A stretch of DNA of 64,000 bases from an uncultured Microthrixaceae bacterium. Lineage in GTDB: Bacteria > Actinomycetota > Acidimicrobiia > Acidimicrobiales > DATDAH01. The number at the start of each line of letters is the position of its first letter. The stretch's first letter is position 1. Of this stretch, positions 37,449-46,049 are shown in pieces. The stretch spans positions 3,736,176 to 3,800,175 of the forward strand of contig CAWGLV010000001.1 in NCBI GenBank assembly GCA_963823495.1, in the 5' to 3' direction. The position numbers were made by a program, and so were the translations under genes. Under the pieces are notes generated by a model, which was given only the letters and a program-made list of their open reading frames with translations, searched no databases and was not told the origin of the DNA.

Positions 37449-38138
37449 TCAGCCCAGACCGAAGGTCTCGACCAGGTCATCCATCGCATCGCCGATCCGC
37501 CGGCTGAGCCCCATCGGCCGGGCGCCGGGCAGGTCGACCACGACCGCCCGCATCTCCTCGCGGTCGAACTCACCGACGATCACATAGACCACCTCCTGGC
37601 GCCGGACCACGAGCGCACCACCGTCGCTCCACCAGGCGTCGACCCCGTCGAAGTCGGCCGGCGTGAGATCCGCGGCCATGGTGTCGGTGTCGAGGTCCCC
37701 GACCTGCTCGAACACCGACACGTACCGCCCGTCAGCCGCGTAGACGACCTGCACGACATCGTCGGGATGGCGCACGGCCATGCCTCGCTCGAGGTCGCCG
37801 ACGGTCTCGGGAGCCTGGTAGGGCGCGGGGACCTCGTCGGCGGGCATCTCACCGGTGATGGCGGACGCGGGCACCGCCATGACCGCCTCATGACGCTGCG
37901 CCAGGTCGCCCATCGGCGGATCGGCTCGGCCGTGCACGCCCGTCGCCTGGGCCACGACGATCGCCCCGACGACGCCTGCCGCCGCCAGTCCACCGATGGT
38001 TGTCGCCCGGGCCCGGCGGCGGCGCCGACGGATGAGGTCCTCGAAGAAGCCGTCCGGCGGCGCGACCTCGGGGAGATCCCGGAGCAGCCGACGGAGCTCG
38101 TCGTCCTCCGGGACCGGGATGTCCTGGGGTTCGGTCAT
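37449..38138 (-). CDS. putative single-pass anti-sigma factor
   Basis: Its start overlaps the stop of the upstream ECF sigma gene by 4 nt. It has an N-terminal cytoplasmic segment, an RRRRRAR stop-transfer, and the TM TIGGLAAAGVVGAIVVA. No ZAS HxxxCxxC motif. Confidence 0.5.
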   Translation of the reverse strand: MTEPQDIPVPEDDELRRLLRDLPEVAPPDGFFEDLIRRRRRRARATTIGGLAAAGVVGAIVVAQATGVHGRADPPMGDLAQRHEAVMAVPASAITGEMPADEVPAPYQAPETVGDLERGMAVRHPDDVVQVVYAADGRYVSVFEQVGDLDTDTMAADLTPADFDGVDAWWSDGGALVVRRQEVVYVIVGEFDREEMRAVVVDLPGARPMGLSRRIGDAMDDLVETFGLG

Positions 38139-38677
38139 GATCGGGCCTCGACGGCCGTCCGCAGGCGCGAGCGGCCCCGGTGGATGCGGGAGCGCACCGT
38201 GCCGACGGGGATGTCGAGCGCCTCGGCGATCTCCTCGTAACTGAAGTCCAGCACGTCACAGAGGACCACGGCCGTCCGGTAGTCCTCGGGGAGATCGGCC
38301 AGTGCCGCCTGCAGGTGCTCGGGCAGGACGGCCGCGTCGAGAGCGTCGGCCGCCGACGGCGCCGTCGGCAGGACCCGCTCGGGGTTCTCCTCGGGGAGCG
38401 GGTCCTGGGGGCGCCGTTTCTGGCGCCGCACGACGTCGAGGAACGCATTGGTCGTGATCCGCGACAGCCACGCCTCCATGGAGCCCGGCTGGTAGGTCGC
38501 CAGCCCTCGTTGCACCCGTAGCAGCACGTCCTGCACCAGATCCTGCGCGTCGTCGTGGTTCATCGTGAGTCGGTAGGCCACCGTGTAGAGGAACCGCCCG
38601 TGGTCGTGGGCGACCTCTTCCCAGCTCGGCACCTGATCGGTGCGAGTCGGTGGTGGCGTTGGACTCGACATGGGCAA
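38135..38677 (-). CDS. ECF (group IV) RNA polymerase sigma factor, SigE-like
   Basis: Region 2 DAQDLVQDVLLRV...WLSRITTNAFLD and region 4 DFSYEEIAEALDIPVGTVRSRIHRGR. Confidence 0.9.
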   Translation of the reverse strand: MPMSSPTPPPTRTDQVPSWEEVAHDHGRFLYTVAYRLTMNHDDAQDLVQDVLLRVQRGLATYQPGSMEAWLSRITTNAFLDVVRRQKRRPQDPLPEENPERVLPTAPSAADALDAAVLPEHLQAALADLPEDYRTAVVLCDVLDFSYEEIAEALDIPVGTVRSRIHRGRSRLRTAVEARS

Positions 38678-38753
38678 CGACGCCGGGGCGCGCCCGGTTC
38701 CCGGCCGGGGTCAGCGATCGGTCAGTGCCGGACTGAGGACTCCGTGGAGCCGC

Positions 38754-38930
38754 TCAGGCCGAGGGGGACGAATCGCCGGTGCCGGTCGAGCTCGCGTCCT
38801 CCTCGGAACCCTTCTTGAACTCCGACTGGGCCTTGCCCAGGGAACGGGCCAGCTGCGGGAGCTTGGACCCGCCGAAGATCAGCAGGATGATGAGGAGCAC
38901 GATGAGTAGTTCGGGTGCACCGAGGTTCAC
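38754..38930 (-). CDS. tatA: twin-arginine translocase subunit TatA/E
   Basis: GTG at 38930. VNLGAPELLIVLLIILLIFGGSKLPQLARSLGKAQSEFKKG is the canonical TatA TM plus amphipathic helix. Confidence 0.85.
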   Translation of the reverse strand: MNLGAPELLIVLLIILLIFGGSKLPQLARSLGKAQSEFKKGSEEDASSTGTGDSSPSA

Positions 38931-38990
38931 GGGATGGAGCGTACCGGCGACGGGCCGGCGCCGCGGTGAGGGCGACACGGGGGGTGCGGC

Positions 38991-39779
38991 GTGCTCGAGT
39001 GCATCCTGAACGTGTCCGAGGGCCGGGACGTCGCGGTGCTCGACGCGCTGGTGGCCGCCGCCGGGGGCGACCTGCTGGATCGGCACACCGATCCCCACCA
39101 CCACCGCACCGTGCTGACCACGGTGGGCGAGGAGGCCGCCCGGCGCGTCGCCCGGGTGGCCGTCGGAGAGATCGACCTCCGGCGCCACCAGGGGGCGCAC
39201 CCTCGGCTCGGCGTGATCGACGTCGTCCCCTTCGTGGCCCTGGACGGCACGCCGCCGACCGAGGCCTGTGCCGCCCGGGAGCGCTTCGCGGTCTGGATCG
39301 CCGGCGAGTTGGGGGTGCCCGCCTTCTGCTACGGCGAGGACGGCGACGGGCCGACGTTGCCCGAGATCCGCCGACGCGCGTTCGTCGACCTGGCGCCGGA
39401 CAGGGGACCGCCGACACCGCATCCGACGGCGGGCGCCGTGGCGGTGGGGTGTCGGCCGCCGCTGGTGGCCTACAACCTCTGGCTGGCCGAGCCGGACCCG
39501 GCCCGGGCCCGAGAGGTGGCCACGGCGGTGCGGGGAGACGGCATCCGGGCCCTCGGGCTCGCCGTCGGTGACCGGGCACAGGTGTCGATGAACCTGGTGC
39601 GACCCGATCAGGTCGGTCCGGCCGAGGCCTACGACCGGGTGGCCGAGCTCGTCGAGGTGGCCGGCGCCGAGTTGGTCGGGCTGCTGCCCCGAGGGGTGCT
39701 GGTGAGGATCCCGCCGGGGCGGTGGGCCGAGCTGGGCCTGGCCGAGGACCGGACCGTGGAGGCCCGCCTCGGCCGTTGA
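38991..39779 (+). CDS. glutamate formimidoyltransferase-like protein (FTCD N-terminal domain family)
   Basis: N-terminus LECILNVSEGRD (family hallmark) and HHHRTVLT. GTG start. Confidence 0.65.
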   Translation: MLECILNVSEGRDVAVLDALVAAAGGDLLDRHTDPHHHRTVLTTVGEEAARRVARVAVGEIDLRRHQGAHPRLGVIDVVPFVALDGTPPTEACAARERFAVWIAGELGVPAFCYGEDGDGPTLPEIRRRAFVDLAPDRGPPTPHPTAGAVAVGCRPPLVAYNLWLAEPDPARAREVATAVRGDGIRALGLAVGDRAQVSMNLVRPDQVGPAEAYDRVAELVEVAGAELVGLLPRGVLVRIPPGRWAELGLAEDRTVEARLGR

Positions 39780-39783
39780 GCCC

Positions 39784-40068
39784 TCAGGCGCTGTGGACCG
39801 TCAGCGCGGCGGCCTCGCGGGCGATGGCGCGTTGGCGGCGGATCCGACGGCGCTCGCGCTCGCTCATCCCACCCCAGATGCCGAACTTCTCGCCGTTGGT
39901 GAGGGCGTATTCGAGGCAGTCGTCACGAACGACACAGCCTCGACAGACCTCCTTGGCCTCGCGGGTGGAGGCCCCCCGCTCGGGGAAGAAGAGGTCCGGG
40001 TCGACGCCCAGGCAGTTGGCGTACTCCTGCCAGGTCAGGTCCTCGGTGTCATCGAAGATCGATCTCAT
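39784..40068 (-). CDS. WhiB-family (Wbl) iron-sulfur transcription factor
   Basis: ATG at 40068 with the strong SD AAGGAGG. ANCLGVDPDLFFP, CRGCVVRDDC, GIWGG, and the basic tail RERRRIRRQR. Confidence 0.9.
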   Translation of the reverse strand: MRSIFDDTEDLTWQEYANCLGVDPDLFFPERGASTREAKEVCRGCVVRDDCLEYALTNGEKFGIWGGMSERERRRIRRQRAIAREAAALTVHSA

Positions 40069-40276
40069 TGGTGTGCCTCCTTGTTGGCGCACCGCCCGTG
40101 GCTTCCCCAAGCGATCGATGCCCTTCGCGGTGGGGGAGATCCACCCGTCCGGGACATCGCTGTAATTACACTGCTGTCATCATTCCACCGGTGACCCCCC
40201 GAGCGCAAGGGCGCGACGGGGAAATCCGTGCCTTTCCGGTGAACCTGCTCCCCACGAACGGGGCCCAGCCACGGGC

Positions 40277-42322
40277 TCAGGCCGAGCGCCGACCACCCGT
40301 GGCGCCACGGACCATGGCCCGCTTCTGCTCGATGAAGTCGACCAGGACGTAGTCCCCCAGCGTCTCGGGGGTGGTGAAGAAGGCCCGACCCTGGTTGAAC
40401 CGGGTGAGCCGCTCGACGAACTCCTTCAGGTGCCCGTTCGGGTCGAGCATGAAGGTGTTGATGCGGATGTCCTCCTTGGTGGCGCGGGCCACCTCGCGCA
40501 TCGTGGCCTCCACGGTCTCCCGCACCGGTGGGTAGTTGAAGTAGACCTCGCCGTTGGGCAGGTTGTGGGCCGTCGGCTCGCCGTCGGTGATCATGATGAT
40601 CTGCTTGGTGCCCGACTGCCGAGCGAGCATCCGGCGACTGAGCTGGAAACCGTGCTGCATGTTCGTGCCGTACTCGTAGTCCCAGGAGACCTCGGGGAGC
40701 TGGGCGGGGGTCAGGGCGCGGGCCACACTGCTGAAGCCCACGATGCCGAGGAAGTCGCGGGGGAAGCGGGTGGAGATGAGCGAGTGCAGCGCCATCGCCA
40801 CCTTCTTGGCCGGCAGGAAGTTGCCCCGCATCGGCATCGACAGGGAGAGGTCCAGCATCAGCACGGTGCTGGACCTCACCAGGTGCTCGGTGCGCTCCAC
40901 CTCGAAGTCGTCCGGGCTCAGCCGGACGGGTGTCCCCTGGCCCTGGCGGCTGACGGCGTTGCGGACCGTGCGCTCGATGTGGAGGTTGAAGGGGTCGCCG
41001 AACTCGTAGGGCTTGGTGTCGTGGGCCCGCTCGTGACCCGTGCCCACCACCTCGACCTGGTGACCGCCCATCTTGTCCACCGAGAGGCGCTTGAACAGCT
41101 CGGCCAGGGCGTTCTGGCCGATGCGGCGCATGCCCTTGGCCGTCAGCTCGAAACGGCCTTCCTTGTTCTCGATCAGGCCCGCGTCCTCGAGCACGCGGGC
41201 CAGCTCGGCCAGCTTCTCGAGGCTCTCCGCGGACTCCTCGCCGAGATGCTCCTTGACCTTGTCCAAGTCGACCTCGGCCAGCGCCCCGGGCGAGGTGGCG
41301 TTGCGCAGCAGGTTCTCCAGCTGGTCCAGGTCGCCGAGCTGCTCCATCATCGACGCGGCTTCGGCGAACCCCAGGGGGTCCTGGCCGGAGAAGTCATAGC
41401 GCCGGTTCCAGTTCATGTCCGGGAAGGCCGCCTGCAGGTTCTGGCCGAGCTGGTCGACCTGCCACTGCAGGTCCATGTCCTCGAGCAGTTGCTCCGACAG
41501 GCTCTCGAGCTGGGCCCTCTGCTCGGGCGTCATCGAGTTGAGCATCGCCTGCATGGCGGCCATGCGCTGAGCCATCAGCTCCAGGAGCTCGTCGAGGTTC
41601 CGGGGGTTCTCGGGGAAGAAGTCGCCGTGGCGCTCCATGAACCCGTCGAAGTCCGGCTCCTCGCCGTTGGCCCGCTGCTCGAGCATCCGGTTGAGCTCGG
41701 CCAGCATGTCCTTCATGCGGGCCATGTCCTCGGGTGTCATGTCCTGCATGGACCCCGAGACCTGGTCGACGAAGCGCTGCATCAGCTGCTCACGCAGCTG
41801 ATCCATCAGGGCCTCGAACTGCTCCCGGGCCTCGGAGGAGGTGAACTCGTACTCCTGGAGGGCCTTGACCTGGCCGGCCAGGTCCGGCGGGAGGAGGTCC
41901 AGGTCCGTGTTGCGCGCCTGCACGACCTCCTCGGTGACCTCTTGGCGACGCTGGTCGCCCGACGCATCGGCCTCGCTGACCATCTCCGCCAGAGAGGCCC
42001 GCTCCTGTTCCACGACCTCGCGCAGGGCGTCGGCGATCTCGTCGTAGACCCCGCCGAGGTCGTGCTGCTCGAGCATCTCCCGGCGCTTCTGGCGCAGCCG
42101 CTCCATGGTCTCCCGCAGGCCGGCCAGGTGCTCGCCGTCGGGGGTGTCGAATCCCGACTGCAGCATCCGGCGCAGCGCGGCGTTGAGGTCGCCGTGGTAG
42201 AGCAGGTCGTCGGTGATCTCGGCCATCACCTCGTCGGCCCCGAGCTCGAAGCCCTTCTGGGTGCCGTCCCAGCGCGAGTAGCGGAACTGTGGTCGACCCG
42301 CCTTGCGCCGGAAGAGGGGCAT
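40277..42322 (-). CDS. VWA-domain protein with long acidic coiled-coil N-terminal region (partner of the upstream AAA+ ATPase)
   Basis: C-terminal VWA domain with MIDAS DLSLSM ... ITDGEPTAH. The N-terminal 450 aa are Glu/Leu/Met-rich helical sequence. Confidence 0.8.
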   Translation of the reverse strand: MPLFRRKAGRPQFRYSRWDGTQKGFELGADEVMAEITDDLLYHGDLNAALRRMLQSGFDTPDGEHLAGLRETMERLRQKRREMLEQHDLGGVYDEIADALREVVEQERASLAEMVSEADASGDQRRQEVTEEVVQARNTDLDLLPPDLAGQVKALQEYEFTSSEAREQFEALMDQLREQLMQRFVDQVSGSMQDMTPEDMARMKDMLAELNRMLEQRANGEEPDFDGFMERHGDFFPENPRNLDELLELMAQRMAAMQAMLNSMTPEQRAQLESLSEQLLEDMDLQWQVDQLGQNLQAAFPDMNWNRRYDFSGQDPLGFAEAASMMEQLGDLDQLENLLRNATSPGALAEVDLDKVKEHLGEESAESLEKLAELARVLEDAGLIENKEGRFELTAKGMRRIGQNALAELFKRLSVDKMGGHQVEVVGTGHERAHDTKPYEFGDPFNLHIERTVRNAVSRQGQGTPVRLSPDDFEVERTEHLVRSSTVLMLDLSLSMPMRGNFLPAKKVAMALHSLISTRFPRDFLGIVGFSSVARALTPAQLPEVSWDYEYGTNMQHGFQLSRRMLARQSGTKQIIMITDGEPTAHNLPNGEVYFNYPPVRETVEATMREVARATKEDIRINTFMLDPNGHLKEFVERLTRFNQGRAFFTTPETLGDYVLVDFIEQKRAMVRGATGGRRSA

Positions 42323-42361
42323 GCCCTGAGACTACGGCGGATCCTCCGGATCGTCGTGACC

Positions 42362-42420
42362 GACCCGAAATTGCGTCAGTCGGTCACTCCTGGCGTGACC
42401 AGCTGACGCAATTTCGGGTC
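42362..42420. repeat. 26-nt-arm inverted repeat (18 bp + 2-nt mismatch + 6 bp, 7-nt loop) between the AAA+ and VWA genes
   Basis: gacccgaaattgcgtcagtcggtcac tcctggc gtgaccagctgacgcaatttcgggtc. The right arm ends inside the ATPase stop codon (42419-42421). Confidence 0.85.
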
Positions 42421-43819
42421 AGCCGCGGCCCCGGTAGGTGGCGCGGCCGCCGGCGGCCTCCTTGTTGAGGCGCTTGGAGAGGTGGAGCCCCTCGAGGACG
42501 AACTCGACGGCTGAAGCGACTGCGGCCGGCGACTCGTCCGCGGTCAGCCGGTTGACGGCATCGCGCAGCGCCGGGATCTCGGCGGCGAACTCGGCGTAGG
42601 CGGCCGAACCGATGTCCTCGCCGGCGTCCACCGCCCGGTCCTCGAAGGCGTCCAGCACGCCGGACAGCTCACCGAGGTCGAAGGTCTCGCGGAAGCAGGT
42701 CAGCACCGCACCCCTGAGGAACTGCTCGATGATCTGGGCGTCGCGGCCTTCCTCGAGGGTCTCGATCTCGATCTTGCCCGACGTCGAGGCCGCGAGGGCG
42801 TCGAGATCGGTGATGCGGGGGACGACATCGGTCTCCCCCAACCGCAGGGCCCGGCGGGTCGCGTTGGCCACCAGGACCTCCATGTTGGCCACCGTGAGGC
42901 GGACCGACACACCGGACGCCTGGTTGACGTGCGCGCTCTCCCGGGCCAGGTGGGTCAGGGTGGCCACGATCTCGACCATGAACTCGGGCACCTCGACCCG
43001 GACGCCCTCGACGTCGAAGGGACGGGCCTCCTGGCGGGTGATGGCCACCTCGGTCTCGACATCGAGCGGGTAGTGGGTCCGGATCTGGCTCCCGAAGCGG
43101 TCCTTCAGGGGGGTGATGATCCGACCCCGGTTCGTGTAGTCCTCGGGGTTGGCCGAGGCCACGAGCATCACGTCGAGCGGCAGTCGGATCTTGTAGCCCC
43201 GGACCTGGACGTCGCGCTCCTCGAGCACGTTGAGCAGGCCGACCTGGATGCGCTCGGAGAGGTCGGGCAGCTCGTTGATGGCGAAGATGCCGCGGTTGGT
43301 GCGGGGCACCAGGCCGTAGTGCATGGTCAGCTCGTCGGACAGGTAGCGGCCTTCGGCGACCTTGATCGGGTCGACCTCACCGATGAGGTCGGCGATCGAC
43401 GTGTCGGGCGTGGCCAGCTTCTCGCCGAAGCGGTCATCCCGGTGAACCCACTCGATGGCGGCGTCCTCGCCGTGGGCGGCCACCAGGTCCCGAGCGTGAC
43501 GGGACACGGGCGCGTAGGGGTCATCGAGGATCTCGGAGCCGGCGACGACCGGCAGCCATTCGTCGAGCAGGTTGGTGAGCGACCGGATCATCCGGGTCTT
43601 GGCCTGACCGCGCTCCCCCAGGAAGATCACGTCGTGGCCGGCCAGGACCGCGTTCTCGAGCTGGGGCAGGACCGTCTCCTCGTACCCGATGACCCCCTCC
43701 ACCACCGGCTCGCCGGCGAGGATGCGGGCCACGGCGTTGCGCCGCACCTCCTCCTTGACCGGCATCGACTCCCAGCCGGACTCGCGGAGCTGACCGATCG
43801 TTGCGGGACGAGAGGACAT
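42419..43819 (-). CDS. ChlI/BchI-like AAA+ ATPase (Mg-chelatase-like family), function unknown
   Basis: ATG at 43819. Walker A GERGQAKT, Walker B-like GIFAINELPDL, and ASANPEDY...LKDRFG (sensor/arginine-finger region as in ChlI). The remainder of the 1139-aa track ORF is antisense shadow over the GH2 gene. Confidence 0.85.
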   Translation of the reverse strand: MSSRPATIGQLRESGWESMPVKEEVRRNAVARILAGEPVVEGVIGYEETVLPQLENAVLAGHDVIFLGERGQAKTRMIRSLTNLLDEWLPVVAGSEILDDPYAPVSRHARDLVAAHGEDAAIEWVHRDDRFGEKLATPDTSIADLIGEVDPIKVAEGRYLSDELTMHYGLVPRTNRGIFAINELPDLSERIQVGLLNVLEERDVQVRGYKIRLPLDVMLVASANPEDYTNRGRIITPLKDRFGSQIRTHYPLDVETEVAITRQEARPFDVEGVRVEVPEFMVEIVATLTHLARESAHVNQASGVSVRLTVANMEVLVANATRRALRLGETDVVPRITDLDALAASTSGKIEIETLEEGRDAQIIEQFLRGAVLTCFRETFDLGELSGVLDAFEDRAVDAGEDIGSAAYAEFAAEIPALRDAVNRLTADESPAAVASAVEFVLEGLHLSKRLNKEAAGGRATYRGRG

Positions 43820-43826
43820 AGGTGGC

Positions 43827-43832
43827 AACCTA
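43827..43832 (-). promoter_or_regulatory. candidate -10 hexamer TAGGTT for a leaderless AAA+ ATPase transcript
   Basis: On the minus strand TAGGTT is followed by 7 nt and then the ATG at 43819. There is no SD. Confidence 0.3.
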
Positions 43833-43834
43833 CC

Positions 43835-46003
43835 GTGGTGACACGGTCGGTCAGGCTGCCGACGGACTGGCTGGTGACCCCGGCCGATCCGCTCCTGGAA
43901 CGGGACTTCGCCGACCCCGCGCTCGACGACGCCACCTGGGAGACGGTCACGGTCCCCGGCCATTGGCGCAGCACGGCGGCCTTCGCCGAGGCCGACGGGC
44001 CGCTCCTCTACCGCGTGCCCTTCACCGCCGACCGACCCGACGGCGACGAGCGGGCGTGGCTGGTCTTCGACGGCGTCTTCTACCAGTCCGACGTCTGGCT
44101 CGACGGCGGCTATGTCGGGGACACCGAGGGCTACTTCTTCGGACACACCTTCGAGATCACCGACCAGCTCGACGAGCGCGACGAGCACCTCCTGGCGGCC
44201 CAGGTCGTGTGCTCGCCACCGGGCGACCGCACGGCGAAGCGGGCCCTCACCGGGGTCTTCCAGCACTGGGACTGCATCGACCCCGACCTCAACCCCGGCG
44301 GCATCTGGCGCCCCGTGCGGATCGAGCGGACGGGGCCGATCCGGCTCCGACGCCTCTCGGTGATCTGCACCGAGGCCGGCCGGGAGTCGGCCACCCTCCG
44401 CTTCCGGGCCTTCGCCAACATCGCCCTCCCCGGCACCGTGAAGATCCACACCCGCATCGCCCTCGACGGCGAGGCGATCGAGGGCTACACCGAGGAGCTC
44501 AGCCTCGCCGCGGGCCAGAACCGCCTGGAGTGGTCGGTCACCGTCGCCGAGCCGAAGCTGTGGTGGCCCTGGTCCCTCGGCGACCAGCCGCGCCATGACG
44601 TGTCCGTCGAGGCGATCACCGAGGACGGGCGGAGCAGCCACACGCTCCGGCGCCGGATCGGCCTGCGCTCCCTCGTGTTCGACGACTGGCGGCTCTCGGT
44701 GAACGGGGAGCGCCTCTTCCTGAAGGGTGCCAACCTGGCTCCCACCCGGGCCCTGCTGGGTGAAGCCGACGACGACGACGTCCGACGCGACATCGACCTC
44801 GCCCGGGAGGCGGGCCTGGACCTGGTCCGGGTCCACGCCCACGTCACCACCGACGCGTTCTACGACCAGGCGGACGAGCGGGGAATGCTCGTCTGGCAGG
44901 ACTTCCCGCTGCAGTGGGGCTACGCCCGCTCGGTGCGCAAGCAGGCCGTGCGCCAGGCCCGCAAGGCCGTCGAGATCCTCGGCCACCACCCCTCCGTGGC
45001 CATCTGGTGTGGCCACAACGAGCCGCTCGCCCTCGACGAACCTACGGGAGCAATGGCCGACCCCGCCGTGGCCCGCCGGATGGGACTCAAGGCGTTGGCG
45101 GGCATGGAGCTGCCCACCTGGAACAAGACCGTGCTCGACCGATCGATCAAACGGGCCCTCGAGAAGGCGGACGGCTCCCGCCCCGTGATCCCCCACAGCG
45201 GCGTGTGGCCCCATCTCCCCCGCCTCGACGGCACCGACAGCCACCTCTACTTCGGCTGGTACCACGGCGAGGAGCGGGATCTGCCCGGCTTCGCCGCCGC
45301 CCTGCCCCGCATGGTCCGCTTCGTCTCGGAGTTCGGGGCCCAGGCCGTGCCCGAGAGCGACGCCTTCCTCGAGCCGGATCGCTGGCCGGACCTGGACTGG
45401 GAGCGCCTCGAGGACCACCACGGCCTCCAGCGGGCGTTCCTCGACCGGCGGGTACCCGAAGCCGACCACGCCACGTTCGCCTCGTGGCGCGCCGCCACCC
45501 AGGCGTACCAGTCCACCGTCGTGCGCCACCACGTCGAAGAGCTCCGACGCCTGAAGTACCGACCCACCGGCGGCTTCCTCCAGTTCCTCCTCACCGACGC
45601 CCAGCCCGCCGTCTCCTGGTCGCTCCTGGACCACGAGCGGGTGCCCAAGGCGGGCTACGACGCGTTGCGGGAGGCCTGCCGACCGGTGATCGTCGTGGCC
45701 GACCGGCTCCCACCCACCGCGGCGCCGGGCGAGGACCTCGCCCTGGACGTCCACGTCGTCAGCGACCTGCACATCCCCCTCGTCCGGGCCTCGGTCACCG
45801 CCGAGCTGAGCTGGCCGGGCGGGAACCGGGCGTGGCACTGGGGTGGGGAGGTCACCGCCGACAGCTGCGTGCGCATCGGGCGGATCGAGACCGAGGTCCC
45901 CGACCTCCCCGGCGATCAGCCCCGGGAGCTCTGCCTGGACCTCACGCTCACCGCCGGCGAGGTCACCGCCACCAACCGGTACAGGACGGTCATCGCGAGG
46001 TGA
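43835..46003 (+). CDS. glycoside hydrolase family 2 (beta-mannosidase/beta-galactosidase-like)
   Basis: WETVTVPGHW, FDGVFYQSDVWLDG, acid/base region WCGHNEP, and nucleophile region SEFGAQA. GTG at 43835 or 43838. Confidence 0.8.
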   Translation: MVTRSVRLPTDWLVTPADPLLERDFADPALDDATWETVTVPGHWRSTAAFAEADGPLLYRVPFTADRPDGDERAWLVFDGVFYQSDVWLDGGYVGDTEGYFFGHTFEITDQLDERDEHLLAAQVVCSPPGDRTAKRALTGVFQHWDCIDPDLNPGGIWRPVRIERTGPIRLRRLSVICTEAGRESATLRFRAFANIALPGTVKIHTRIALDGEAIEGYTEELSLAAGQNRLEWSVTVAEPKLWWPWSLGDQPRHDVSVEAITEDGRSSHTLRRRIGLRSLVFDDWRLSVNGERLFLKGANLAPTRALLGEADDDDVRRDIDLAREAGLDLVRVHAHVTTDAFYDQADERGMLVWQDFPLQWGYARSVRKQAVRQARKAVEILGHHPSVAIWCGHNEPLALDEPTGAMADPAVARRMGLKALAGMELPTWNKTVLDRSIKRALEKADGSRPVIPHSGVWPHLPRLDGTDSHLYFGWYHGEERDLPGFAAALPRMVRFVSEFGAQAVPESDAFLEPDRWPDLDWERLEDHHGLQRAFLDRRVPEADHATFASWRAATQAYQSTVVRHHVEELRRLKYRPTGGFLQFLLTDAQPAVSWSLLDHERVPKAGYDALREACRPVIVVADRLPPTAAPGEDLALDVHVVSDLHIPLVRASVTAELSWPGGNRAWHWGGEVTADSCVRIGRIETEVPDLPGDQPRELCLDLTLTAGEVTATNRYRTVIAR

Positions 46004-46049
46004 TGGGGCGACTTCGCCGACGCGGGGACCGCATGCGAGGATCGGGGGC

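Noticed and set aside
43820-45838. N-terminal 673 residues of the 1139-aa track ORF that would extend the AAA+ ATPase.
   Set aside because: This part runs antisense through the GH2 gene and has shadow composition. The ATPase domain begins right after the ATG at 43819, which has a -10-like hexamer upstream.
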